Assembly: GCA_018609195.1 (NCBI GenBank) | Contig: JAHCSE010000001.1 | Location: forward strand, 9,559-73,558 | Length of the DNA stretch: 64,000 nucleotides | Origin: Patescibacteria group bacterium | GTDB taxonomy: Bacteria; Patescibacteriota; Minisyncoccia; Minisyncoccales; RBG-13-36-15 | Direction of reading: 5' to 3' | In this document: positions 27,480-36,588 of the stretch, one piece after another | Layout: each line of letters starts with the position of its first letter | How positions within the stretch are numbered: the first letter of the stretch is position 1 | The notes under the pieces: model-generated | Database searches by the model: none | The model's input: only the letters and a program-made list of their open reading frames with translations | Told to the model about the DNA's origin: nothing | Translations under genes and position numbers: made by a program

Positions 27480-27725
27480 TTTTCTCTTCCCTCCTTAACT
27501 GCAGATGTATTTTAAGTTAATTTAGATATTTGTAAAGAGTTAGGTTATATAGATTTTCACAAAAACAATCATTCAATAAAGAGTGGCGTTTTATTTTTTT
27601 AGGCTCCCAGACGGCGACTCAAACCCTTAAACCCTCACCTCCAACTCAAATTTAAGCCAATTATTGGACCATTGTCTATGGTCTCTCAGATTACGAACGG
27701 TGGTCTACTAATGGTTATTAAGGAT

Positions 27726-27747
27726 AAAAACCGCCTTCTTGGCGATT
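27726..27747 (-). terminator. Conserved terminator hairpin repeat (copy 3)
   Basis: AAAAACCGCCTTCTTGGCGATT. Confidence 0.65.
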
Positions 27748-27841
27748 AAGTTGGCTCCCCAGTCTAAATCTTATTATAATTTTGGAGGATTGGGAATATG
27801 TGCAACATCTAAGAAATCGGGTAAGTGGTCTGACTCCCAAC

Positions 27842-28087
27842 TCATACCTGTAGAAAAACCCCAAAGAACTGAAGGCCAAATCCAATAGTAAAAAGGATAA
27901 AGCCAACTTTTCCCAACTTCCTACCTTTTAGGTGTCTCTTTTGCTTGTAATTACCTTTGTGATCCATATCTACGATAAGATCATCATCGACATTCTCATG
28001 TGCTCGCAAATAAGGATATAGCATCACTAACGATGCCGCTGTATTAAATAAGAGTCCTACCAAAATTAAAATGATAGAAAGGTCCAC
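27842..28087 (-). CDS. Small membrane protein (2 TM)
   Basis: 81 aa; hydrophobic profile only. Confidence 0.35.
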   Translation of the reverse strand: MDLSIILILVGLLFNTAASLVMLYPYLRAHENVDDDLIVDMDHKGNYKQKRHLKGRKLGKVGFILFTIGFGLQFFGVFLQV

Positions 28088-28092
28088 AAATT

Positions 28093-28917
28093 TTATTCTT
28101 TAACCCGTGGAATTAAATCTTTTAACGACTGCTCATCCATTGGCCCAGCAAACTCAACAAGAATGTTATCTACTTCCTTATAACTCTCCGGGTCTTTTAA
28201 CTCCATGTAAGTCATTTTCAAAGCAATTAAAGTGGTCACCATAGCATTTTTTAGAGCCTCCATATTTCTCAAGGTATAATGTGCACCGCCATACCTATTC
28301 CAATCAAAATCTTCATTGAAAACATCTACACTATCCAAAAGTGCGGCGTAAGAACAATGTGTATACTTAGAAAAACCTCTATATACATCTGTGGCCATGC
28401 TGTAAGGTGACAAACCATGCTCTTCCACAGATTTAATGGATCCCTTCTTAATAAATTCATCTGACAACCGGCGAGCTACTCTATTCGTAATTATTTCACC
28501 CTCAAACCATTTTTTAAGATGCGTCTGTTCTTTGTCTAAATGAAATGTGTGAATTAGATCTAAATTTTCGTTGATTGATCGAGTCAACTCCATTATCTCA
28601 AAGTTATATCCTCTCCTAGCTAAAAGAAAAATTGCCTCCCATGTCTGAAGTACCTTCCCATATATTAAGTAAACAGCGCACAGAGTGGTTTGTTCTGATA
28701 TCTCCGGTATTAGACTTTTTAATTTTCTAACTTTCTCCTCTATCTGAAAGTGAATAGACTCCAATCCTTTTAACTTTTCTTGAATGTCCTGCAAATCTTT
28801 TCCTTGTTGTTGTTGAGGATAAGATGGATTCTGCTCAAAATATTTCCTCCCTCTGTGCGCCCTCATCTTAGCAACACGATCTTGAATAAGCTGCTTTATT
28901 TTTTCATCGAGACTCAT
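28093..28917 (-). CDS. Hypothetical protein (start chosen at internal MSLDEK; ORF extends to 29025)
   Basis: Coding-like composition; no recognised family; upstream ORF part overlaps a terminator repeat. Confidence 0.45.
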   Translation of the reverse strand: MSLDEKIKQLIQDRVAKMRAHRGRKYFEQNPSYPQQQQGKDLQDIQEKLKGLESIHFQIEEKVRKLKSLIPEISEQTTLCAVYLIYGKVLQTWEAIFLLARRGYNFEIMELTRSINENLDLIHTFHLDKEQTHLKKWFEGEIITNRVARRLSDEFIKKGSIKSVEEHGLSPYSMATDVYRGFSKYTHCSYAALLDSVDVFNEDFDWNRYGGAHYTLRNMEALKNAMVTTLIALKMTYMELKDPESYKEVDNILVEFAGPMDEQSLKDLIPRVKE

Positions 28918-28933
28918 ATATATAATTCTAACA

Positions 28934-28956
28934 AAAAAACCGCCTTTTTGGCAATT
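28934..28956 (-). terminator. Conserved terminator hairpin repeat (copy 4)
   Basis: AAAAAACCGCCTTTTTGGCAATT. Confidence 0.6.
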
Positions 28957-29071
28957 TGTGCAGCTGAAAACATCAGACCAAAATTTGATGCCCTTGAGCT
29001 GTTTCAATAAAAATAGAAAACCCAAAACCCTTTTAAGGCCTTGGGCTAAATAGTTTATAGTCTAAGGTTAT

Positions 29072-29224
29072 TTACTTTCCCAAAATTCTATACATTTTGG
29101 TGCCACATTTCGGGCAGGTTCCAGTCAAAGCTCTTCTCGTTGTTCCTCCCTTTCCCTTCATAGATACTTCTTTCTCATCTTGTATTTCTCTTTTGGCTTT
29201 ACATTTTACGCAATAAGCTTCCAT
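29072..29224 (-). CDS. Small Cys4 zinc-ribbon protein (50 aa)
   Basis: Hand-translated MEAYCVKCKAKREIQDEKEVSMKGKGGTTRRALTGTCPKCGTKMYRILGK; below the ORF-track cutoff. Confidence 0.4.
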   Translation of the reverse strand: MEAYCVKCKAKREIQDEKEVSMKGKGGTTRRALTGTCPKCGTKMYRILGK

Positions 29225-29264
29225 AATTTTTTTATAGGTTGTAGTTTTAAGTTTTTAGATTTGA

Positions 29265-29277
29265 TCGACCTTTTCCC
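29265..29277 (-). promoter_or_regulatory. AAAGGTCGA motif (site 1), ~45 nt upstream of the zinc-ribbon ORF
   Basis: + strand gatCGACCTTTTCC followed by imperfect CCCC...GGGG hairpin. Confidence 0.45.
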
Positions 29278-29391
29278 TTTTTGTTCGTGGATTCCTTTGC
29301 CCCGTATCATCCGCCCAGGGCGGATTGGTGTGGGGTACTTATCCACAGGTTTATTTTAGCTTAATTTAAGCTAAAGATATAGTCAAGCCCC

Positions 29392-30630
29392 TTAAACTAT
29401 CTGAACAGAGGAATTTTTTACTGCCTCTTTAACTAATTTTTCAATATTTAGTTTTTTTTCTGTTTTTAAAATATCCTCTACTCTAGATTTCGTTTCAGGA
29501 TGTTTTGGTAAGAATCGAGAACAGCAATCTTGATGAGGCAAAATGGAAACATCAAAAGTGCCAATTTCTTTGGCTTTTTGTATTATCTCTTCTTTATCTT
29601 GGGAAATTAAAGGCCTGAAAACCGGGAGTTCAATTGTCTCTTCAATTACTTTTATATTCTCCAAAGTCTGGGAAGCAACTTGTCCAATACTTTCTCCGGT
29701 GAAAATTCCCAAAGCCTTTTCTCTTTTTGCTATCTCCTCCGCTATCTTTAACATAAATCTCCGATAGAGAATTACTCTTAATTTTGCTTGAGTTTTCATT
29801 AAAATCTCCTTTTGAATGTCAGCAAAAGGAATTAAATAGAGTTTTGATTTTCCCTGATAATCGCTTAAAATTCTGACTATTTTTATTGCCTTTTCAATAG
29901 AGGCTTTAGAGGCGAAAGGGTAGGCATGGAAATGTAAAAAAATAACTTTTACTCCTCTTTTCATTGCCAAAAAAGAAGCTACTGGTGAATCAATTCCACC
30001 TGAGAGCAGAGAAACTGCCTTTCCACTGGCACTAATTGGTAATCCTCCCTGGCCTCTGATTTTCTCCAAATATAAAAAAGCATAGTTTTCAACGATTTCA
30101 ATAAAGCAAGTTACATCTGGATTTTCCAAATCAACTTTAATTTTCGCTTGCGAGCCTAAGCCTTGGCGAAGGCGGGGTTTTTGAGTCTTTAATTTTTTTA
30201 AAACGTACGCCCCTACCCGCTCGTTGATCTGTGGGGAAGTTAACGAGAATTCTTTTTTTGATCTTTTGGTTGCAATTTTAAAAGTTTTAAATTTTTTATC
30301 CCTTAAAAGCTCAAGGGCCTTCTCTTGTATATTTTTTATTTTTTGAGGACAGCTAACAGCTAAAGCAGAATAGGCGATACCAAAAACCTTCTTGATATTT
30401 TCCTTAATCTCTTTTTCGTTTTCCTTTCCTTTTTTAGTTAATTTCACAATTATTCTCCCAGAAATTCTTTTAACAAATTCAAAAGAAGCGGATCCTAGGC
30501 TCCGCTTAATATTCTCCACTAATTTTTTTTCAAAAAATCTTCTATTCTTTCCTTTCAATCCAATCTCATGATAATGGCAGATAACAAAATCCATCTTGTT
30601 TAGGATAACAAAAAAAATCTCTTGAGCCAA
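29392..30630 (-). CDS. thiI: tRNA 4-thiouridine synthase ThiI
   Basis: 412 aa; THUMP region plus LLSGGIDSPVA PP-loop. Confidence 0.85.
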   Translation of the reverse strand: MAQEIFFVILNKMDFVICHYHEIGLKGKNRRFFEKKLVENIKRSLGSASFEFVKRISGRIIVKLTKKGKENEKEIKENIKKVFGIAYSALAVSCPQKIKNIQEKALELLRDKKFKTFKIATKRSKKEFSLTSPQINERVGAYVLKKLKTQKPRLRQGLGSQAKIKVDLENPDVTCFIEIVENYAFLYLEKIRGQGGLPISASGKAVSLLSGGIDSPVASFLAMKRGVKVIFLHFHAYPFASKASIEKAIKIVRILSDYQGKSKLYLIPFADIQKEILMKTQAKLRVILYRRFMLKIAEEIAKREKALGIFTGESIGQVASQTLENIKVIEETIELPVFRPLISQDKEEIIQKAKEIGTFDVSILPHQDCCSRFLPKHPETKSRVEDILKTEKKLNIEKLVKEAVKNSSVQIV

Positions 30631-30662
30631 GAGTTATTTCGTTCTTTTTAATTTAAACTGCC

Positions 30663-30690
30663 CTTTTATAAAAGGGCAGTCTTTGTTACA
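30663..30690. terminator. Palindromic hairpin CTGCCCTTTTATAAAAGGGCAG
   Basis: Perfect 9-bp stem in the thiI-cobO spacer. Confidence 0.5.
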
Positions 30691-30731
30691 TTTATTGGTA
30701 AGCTCTCGATGGTTTTACTTTTTCGTACCAT

Positions 30732-31253
30732 TTAGTATTCAACCCCTATTTTTGCTAAAACCCCTTTTTTAAAAGGGTGTTTTATTTCTTTACATTCAGT
30801 TGCCAAATCAGCAATCTTAATTAACTCTTTGGGGGCACCTCTCCCAGTAAGAATTAAATCTACTTCAGAAGGAGCTTTTTTTAGAATTTCCAAGACTTCT
30901 CTTAATTTAATGAGATTTAAAGAGATGGCAACATTTACTTCATCTAAAATTATCAAGTCAAATTCTCCAGAATGAATCGCATTTTTGGCAATTTTTAAGG
31001 TCTCTCGGGCTGCAAGTTCGTGAACTTCTCGGGGAAGCTTGTCCCCCATTATCCCAACAAAACCTTCTCCGCCTTTTATCAATTGAAATTTTGGTTCTAG
31101 GCTTTGGATGGTCTTTTCCTCGCCAGTTGGCCATTTTTTACTTTTAATGAACTGAATCATCAAAACTCGCTTTCCCTGGCCAACTGCCCGAATTCCCTGG
31201 CCAATGGCAGCTGTCGTTTTCCCTTTTCCATTCCCAGTAAAAACAAAAATCAT
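30732..31253 (-). CDS. cobO: Cob(I)alamin adenosyltransferase (CobO/BtuR family)
   Basis: 173 aa; MIFVFTGNGKGKTTAAIGQ. Confidence 0.8.
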   Translation of the reverse strand: MIFVFTGNGKGKTTAAIGQGIRAVGQGKRVLMIQFIKSKKWPTGEEKTIQSLEPKFQLIKGGEGFVGIMGDKLPREVHELAARETLKIAKNAIHSGEFDLIILDEVNVAISLNLIKLREVLEILKKAPSEVDLILTGRGAPKELIKIADLATECKEIKHPFKKGVLAKIGVEY

Positions 31254-33553
31254 GTTTGAGGTATTTGAGCAGGTACACTCCCTTCTTCAGAGTCAAACTC
31301 ACACACACCTCCTACACAGGCTAACTCTTTGAAACCTGTGGTTTCATCTTCTTTCTCATAAACGATAATCTGGGCAAAGTCAACTTTTGGTAGTTTCTCT
31401 ACCAGTTCTTGATATTTTTCCTCATCGATTTCCTCGTAGGGAGCAAGTCGATAGACATGTTCTGCGCGTGGAATAAAAGAGAGCCCTCCTAAAATATTCC
31501 AGTTATCATAAAGCCAGTATGTAGCTTGAATCCACTCGTTCTCACCTACAGAAACGGTAACTGAGGGATTATGCTCGGTGAAATTTTCCTTCACCATCTT
31601 CCAGTGTCTAAGTTGATCGAGTGCTGTTAAATCATTTCGGAAAACAGCTCTCTCGGGAGATTTTACTGGAAACTCAAGCACAAAGGTCGTGGCCGAGTCC
31701 TCGAGCTGTCCAACTTCAGGATGATATGGAAATTTTTGTTCTTTCAACATTTGGAAAAGAGGGTCATTTGCCGATATACGAACTCGTCTAATATAAAAGG
31801 GAGAGTGTCGAGGGTGCATACCAGAGGCAGCATCCACAAGTTGAGATAATGTACCTGAAGGTTTGACACAGGTGATGCAGGTTGATTCCGAAATCCCAAA
31901 TTTCTTGGCATATTCACGATTGATTTCGAGCGATCTTTCCCGAAGTTTCCTGAGGGTTTCGGCTGATCTAGCTGCAGGACAATCCCACTGACCGGTTATC
32001 GAAATTCCTAAAAGCCTTTCCTCCTCGCAGTTTTGCTTCCATTCTTTTGAAAGATAAGAAAAATTGGTGAGAGTAGATTGATAGGTACCGAGCAAGGTGG
32101 CGATTTCGATCTTTTTCAGAAGAGATTCTTCAGTATCCTCGGGTCTGGCCACTACCTCGGTTAAATTGCAAAATTGTTTGGATCTTAATATAATTTCTCC
32201 GCATGGATTTGTGCCGGCAGTGGCCCAATATTTTTTAAATGTCTTCCAGCGCCTCTCTGGTAATTGATGTTTTAATCCTCCTCTATTAAAAATGCCTCTC
32301 TCGCCAGTTCCACTTTTAGCGAGCGCTAACCATTCTTCAAGAAACTGGATTGCGCTGGGTTTCTCATTATAAACCGCGGAGTTGTTGGCCATCGATCTCT
32401 GAGGATCAGTAACATAAAACTGGCCAGCTTTAGCTCCCCTCATATCTTCATCGTCGAGATCAGAAAGGGATATTAAAGCAGATCTTCGCACTCCACCCAT
32501 CACTACAATTTCCCCAATTTTGCAGATAATGTCATGAACATCAAGATTGGAGAGGCGTTTTCCTTGACGACTCAAAACTTTAGAGCGAACAAAATCTAAA
32601 AGTGATTTAAGTGCCCCAGGGCCTGAACTTCGACCTCCCATGGTCTTTAACTTTGATCCTGCTGGCCGAATCTTGGAGTAATCAAATATAATATCTTTAC
32701 CATTATACCAGGCTTTAAGTCCGATAGTTAACGCATCTCCCCATCCCTCTTTGCTGTCTAAAATTACATGGGCAGGTAATACTTGACCGGTCTGGCGTTT
32801 CACAATTGGTAGCTGCTGGACCGTTTGACTCTCCACTGAGAAGCCAACTCCTGTACCGCACATTAAAAGATATATAATTTCAGCAAAATCACGAAACTCG
32901 CTTGGTGCAATAAAAGAACAGTTATACACTGAGACATTGGAAGCCCTCGCTGCTTTCCCGGCAGCCCATAAAAGTCTCATCGATGGCATCACTTGATGAT
33001 TTAGGATTGCCTCTTTTATTTCCTGGTATTCGTTATCTCTTAACTTCTTGCCAAGATTCTCTCTCATGAAATCCACATAGCGATTGACCGTCTCAATCCA
33101 GGTTTCTCTCCTTCCCTCCTCTTCAATCCAGCGAGAATAAGTACGATAATAAATAAACTCAGCCAGCTCATTCCTGAAATATTTCCTACTCTTTCGCACA
33201 AGACCCTGCACCCGCTCGGGAATTAACTTCTTTTTTTCCCGAACTTCAGCTCTTGCTTGCCGATAGAGAATGTAAGCTTTTGCTGTCTTTGGAAAATCTC
33301 TCAGAATCAGAGTTTCTTCTACTAAGTCTTGAGTCCCCTCCACTTGAGGAATGTGAGGAGGAGGATAACGCTTCTCGAGTTTTTTCACTACCCTGTCTGA
33401 AATTCGAAGAGGATCTCGCGAAAGATTCCCTTCCCCAGCAGCTTGCATTGCTTTGGAGATTGCATTGGTAATTCGATTTTGGTCAAACGGAACAATATTG
33501 CCTTCTCTTTTTCGAATTTCTTTAATTTTATTTTTCAATTTTGGAAGCTGCAT
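31250..33553 (-). CDS. nrdJ: Class II (adenosylcobalamin-dependent) ribonucleotide reductase
   Basis: 767 aa; NPCGEI active-site loop, N-terminal ATP-cone-like region. Confidence 0.9.
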   Translation of the reverse strand: MQLPKLKNKIKEIRKREGNIVPFDQNRITNAISKAMQAAGEGNLSRDPLRISDRVVKKLEKRYPPPHIPQVEGTQDLVEETLILRDFPKTAKAYILYRQARAEVREKKKLIPERVQGLVRKSRKYFRNELAEFIYYRTYSRWIEEEGRRETWIETVNRYVDFMRENLGKKLRDNEYQEIKEAILNHQVMPSMRLLWAAGKAARASNVSVYNCSFIAPSEFRDFAEIIYLLMCGTGVGFSVESQTVQQLPIVKRQTGQVLPAHVILDSKEGWGDALTIGLKAWYNGKDIIFDYSKIRPAGSKLKTMGGRSSGPGALKSLLDFVRSKVLSRQGKRLSNLDVHDIICKIGEIVVMGGVRRSALISLSDLDDEDMRGAKAGQFYVTDPQRSMANNSAVYNEKPSAIQFLEEWLALAKSGTGERGIFNRGGLKHQLPERRWKTFKKYWATAGTNPCGEIILRSKQFCNLTEVVARPEDTEESLLKKIEIATLLGTYQSTLTNFSYLSKEWKQNCEEERLLGISITGQWDCPAARSAETLRKLRERSLEINREYAKKFGISESTCITCVKPSGTLSQLVDAASGMHPRHSPFYIRRVRISANDPLFQMLKEQKFPYHPEVGQLEDSATTFVLEFPVKSPERAVFRNDLTALDQLRHWKMVKENFTEHNPSVTVSVGENEWIQATYWLYDNWNILGGLSFIPRAEHVYRLAPYEEIDEEKYQELVEKLPKVDFAQIIVYEKEDETTGFKELACVGGVCEFDSEEGSVPAQIPQT

Positions 33554-34122
33554 TATTTTATTGTACCAAATTTTGTTTTGGGCAACAAAATGGCTCTCTT
33601 TAATAGATAGTATATGAGTCTTTTATTCAAAACGAACTCGTAAACTCCGAAAAACAAGGTGACATAGAAAAGATTTCCTAAAATTGTATTTTTAAAAAAT
33701 AGTAAAGCCATGTAATAAGAAAGAAGCAATCCAGAAAGATCCTCTGGATACCAAGGGGTAAAAGCCCAGACAGCAAAATTAGTGATGAGATAAAACAATA
33801 GCGCTGCAAATAAAGAACTACTCAATATCATTCCCGGGCCTTTGTGTTTCCTCAACCAAAGGCCTATTAGACCGATTATACCAAAGCTCCCATATACTGC
33901 AATCATTAATTTTAAGCTATAAAACCCGATAAAATAATCACTTATCAACATGGCGAGAAGAGGCGCAACCAAGAAATACTTTTTTCTAAGATAAACACCG
34001 CCAAACAAAGAAATAGCTGCAATGGGAGCAAAATTAGGGGGGTGGGGCAAAAGCCTTAGACTCACTCCGATGATAATTAAGACCAATACACCTAAAATTT
34101 CTAAAATTTTTTCTTTTTTCAT
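33553..34122 (-). CDS. Polytopic membrane protein, possibly ECF-type substrate (B12) capture component
   Basis: 189 aa, 5-6 TM; context next to nrdJ and DUF4430. Confidence 0.4.
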   Translation of the reverse strand: MKKEKILEILGVLVLIIIGVSLRLLPHPPNFAPIAAISLFGGVYLRKKYFLVAPLLAMLISDYFIGFYSLKLMIAVYGSFGIIGLIGLWLRKHKGPGMILSSSLFAALLFYLITNFAVWAFTPWYPEDLSGLLLSYYMALLFFKNTILGNLFYVTLFFGVYEFVLNKRLIYYLLKRAILLPKTKFGTIK

Positions 34123-34805
34123 TTATTTTTTAGGGATACTTTTTGTATATTCATATACATTAGCGAATCTTTTGCATGCTTCGAATAAACATTTATATGA
34201 ATGCTTTTCTTAAATGGTGGCCCATCTACAACCATGGTATGATACTCCCCTTGTTCCCCACAAATATCAAGCCCCGTTTCGGCATTTATTGCCCGCAACC
34301 GCTCTAAAGAATCCTTCTTAAGTTCCATTCCAAGCAAATTATCATCCGTAAACCAAGGTTTCTTTATACAAGTAAAAATTAATTTAAATCTGTATGAAAG
34401 AAGTCGATTAAGAAGTTCTAATCTATCACGTCCCCACAGTGGAGTTAGGACACCAATACCTGAATATTTACTGCATTCTCTTACCCAATTAGGGTGGCCA
34501 TCAACTTCTGCAATATCGCCAGTTATTAATGTAGCTATTCCGTGTTTTTCTTTTAAAGAATGAATAGCTTTTTCATAGCTTTCTTTGAATGGCTCATTAA
34601 CCTCCAATGCATAATGTGGAATACCCAAAGCTTCTGCTTGATATTTCATAAAACTAAGAGGATGAGCAAGAAATTCTGGTTCACTGGGAATGAACGTAAC
34701 TAGACTTATAACTCTATATCCCAACAACTTTGCTTCATAAAGAGCCAAAGAAGAATCTTTCCCACCAGTCCACGATACGGCTGCGTTCCTCATCACTTTA
34801 TTCAT
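34119..34805 (-). CDS. Second Dph6/MJ0570-family PP-loop ATPase paralog
   Basis: 228 aa; SWTGGKDS, EYHT. Confidence 0.65.
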   Translation of the reverse strand: MNKVMRNAAVSWTGGKDSSLALYEAKLLGYRVISLVTFIPSEPEFLAHPLSFMKYQAEALGIPHYALEVNEPFKESYEKAIHSLKEKHGIATLITGDIAEVDGHPNWVRECSKYSGIGVLTPLWGRDRLELLNRLLSYRFKLIFTCIKKPWFTDDNLLGMELKKDSLERLRAINAETGLDICGEQGEYHTMVVDGPPFKKSIHINVYSKHAKDSLMYMNIQKVSLKNK

Positions 34806-34829
34806 AATTTAATAATTCCCAATTTTATA

Positions 34830-35297
34830 TCATTCAAATTGAGATTGAAAAAATTTCCATTCTACGATATCTCCATCTTCTAACTGAAACTGGCTTGCTC
34901 CAACTTGCGCGTATTCATTGTTGACCCAATACTGCCAGTATTTATTATCTTTACCATTTTCTTTATCACCAATTTGTTTAATAAAGGAGCCAAATTCTGG
35001 GTGCAAATCATAATCTAACGCAAAAGGATTTTCTGTATCACTTGAGCAAATCTCTAATAAATCAAGTACAGTTCTTTTTTCTTTTAGTTTCTGATTATTG
35101 CAAGTGATAATTTTCCCATCTGAAAAATCAAGCATCAAAGAAACACTAATTTCTTCTTTTGGTTGAACAGATTTCTCAAAATCTTGAACTGGAGGAGGCG
35201 CAATCTCTCCTTGAAAAATAAAAGAGCCTGCTGTTAAACCTAAAGCAAAACCAGCTCCGAAAATGATGATAGTTTTCATTCCATTAAACATCTTCAT
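34830..35297 (-). CDS. DUF4430-like (transcobalamin-like) secreted B12-binding protein
   Basis: 155 aa; signal/TM then ...YWQYWVNNEYAQVGASQFQLEDGDIVEWKF. Confidence 0.55.
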   Translation of the reverse strand: MKMFNGMKTIIIFGAGFALGLTAGSFIFQGEIAPPPVQDFEKSVQPKEEISVSLMLDFSDGKIITCNNQKLKEKRTVLDLLEICSSDTENPFALDYDLHPEFGSFIKQIGDKENGKDNKYWQYWVNNEYAQVGASQFQLEDGDIVEWKFFQSQFE

Positions 35298-35308
35298 AGA
35301 AATAAAAA

Positions 35309-35605
35309 TTAAAATCGAGGAATTAAACTCATAATTCCTTTCGAACCAACTAAAACGGCAGCAATCAGGAAAAGGAAGTTAGGAAGAACTACCCAAAAAC
35401 TTAAGAGAAGCAATCCTCCTCCCGTAATATCCATCAGGCCTCCGATATCTAAGGGAAAAAGAAAACCTTTTATCAATAAATAGCCCCCGAAAATAATTAA
35501 AATGAGTAGAGAAACATCCACTTGAAAGGCTCTTGATAATAATAAGCCTGCACTCGCGATGTCCATTAATCCCAAGGAGAACATAAAAGAAATTAAAAAT
35601 CCCAC
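35309..35605 (-). CDS. Small membrane protein (first gene after the candidate riboswitch)
   Basis: 98 aa, 3 TM. Confidence 0.4.
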   Translation of the reverse strand: MGFLISFMFSLGLMDIASAGLLLSRAFQVDVSLLILIIFGGYLLIKGFLFPLDIGGLMDITGGGLLLLSFWVVLPNFLFLIAAVLVGSKGIMSLIPRF

Positions 35606-35679
35606 CTCGAGTGGGATGGAAACTCCCCAAGCTTAGTCGCTTGGGTTGGCCTTTCCCTTTGCTCGAAGGTAGAGGTTAA

Positions 35680-35830
35680 AAAAATGTGTCCTCCTCCGTT
35701 AAAACTTTGGAGGACATGGATGGCATTCTGACTTTCACAGTTACGGCATAGTCCCGGATTTCCTGCCCGCATCGCTATACGAAGTATTGCAGGCGGGTCA
35801 CCGGAGTTCCCCATCCGTTTTCAAAGTCCG
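35680..35830 (-). ncRNA. Candidate cobalamin riboswitch in the 5' leader of the B12-uptake/nrdJ gene string
   Basis: Minus-strand GGGGAACTCCGGTGACCCGCC ... GGAAATCCGGGACTATGCCGTAACTGTGA resembles GGGAAnnnGGTGa / AAnTCC / CCGCnACnGTnA cores; GC-rich and structured. Confidence 0.4.
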
Positions 35831-35915
35831 TTAATAAATAATATCAGCTTGCACGAAGTAGTGTCAAGAGAAAATCTGGGGATAACTGATTTAATTTGGA
35901 GAGATTTCTTAAAAT

Positions 35916-36494
35916 CTAAATTTTACCTACTAATTTTAATCCGGGTTTTAAGGTTCTCTTTCCAGGTTCCCAACTGGCTGGGCAAACCAATCCTTTGTGT
36001 TCTCTGACAAATTTAGCTGCCTGCAATTTTCGTAAGATTTCTTTGACCGATCTGCCAATGCTATTGTTGTGCATTTCAAAAGCTTTAAGCTGACCATCAG
36101 GATCAATAATGAAAGTTCCTCGTAAAGAAAGACCTTCTTTTTCAATGTAGGTACCAAATTCTTGGCAAAGCTTTCCCGTTGGATCAGCTACCATCGGGAA
36201 TTTAATCTTTTTAATCGAAGGAGAATTATCATGCCAGGCCTTATGTACAAAAGCCGTATCGGTGCTCACACTTAAGATCTCTGCTCCCAATTTCTTAAAT
36301 TCAGAATAATATTTCGCAGCTTCTTCTAATTCTGTTGGGCAAACAAACGTAAAATCAGCAGGATAAAATAGCAATATAATCCATTTTCCCTTGTAATCAG
36401 AAAGTTTAATTTTTTTTATTTTTCCACTATGAAAAGCTTCCAACTCAACATCAGGTACTTTTTGATCAATTTTAACCATAGTTTTGTTAAACAA
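35916..36494 (-). CDS. Peroxiredoxin (AhpC/TSA, typical 2-Cys)
   Basis: 192 aa; FTFVCPTE. Confidence 0.9.
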   Translation of the reverse strand: MFNKTMVKIDQKVPDVELEAFHSGKIKKIKLSDYKGKWIILLFYPADFTFVCPTELEEAAKYYSEFKKLGAEILSVSTDTAFVHKAWHDNSPSIKKIKFPMVADPTGKLCQEFGTYIEKEGLSLRGTFIIDPDGQLKAFEMHNNSIGRSVKEILRKLQAAKFVREHKGLVCPASWEPGKRTLKPGLKLVGKI

Positions 36495-36508
36495 TTTTAA
36501 TTTTTATT

Positions 36509-36520
36509 GCGACCTTTTAC
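36509..36520 (-). promoter_or_regulatory. AAAGGTCGC motif (site 2), ~30 nt upstream of the peroxiredoxin
   Basis: gCGACCTTTTAC then hairpin CCCCGTTAGAAAT...ATTTCTAACGGGG (36521..36589). Confidence 0.45.
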
Positions 36521-36588
36521 CCCGTTAGAAATTTGTTCTTTCTACACTTTCTCCATTGTATTTGGTATTTCTAACGGGGTTTACTTTA

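Noticed and set aside
28918-29025. N-terminal 36 codons of ORF 28093..29025 (MGFLFLLKQLKG...)
   Set aside because: This segment contains the conserved terminator hairpin repeat (28934..28956). The true start is more likely the internal MSLDEK.
35379-35814. Minus-strand ORFs 35379..35630 and 35593..35814
   Set aside because: They overlap the small membrane gene in another frame or lie across the GC-rich riboswitch-like leader, so they are more likely RNA than protein.
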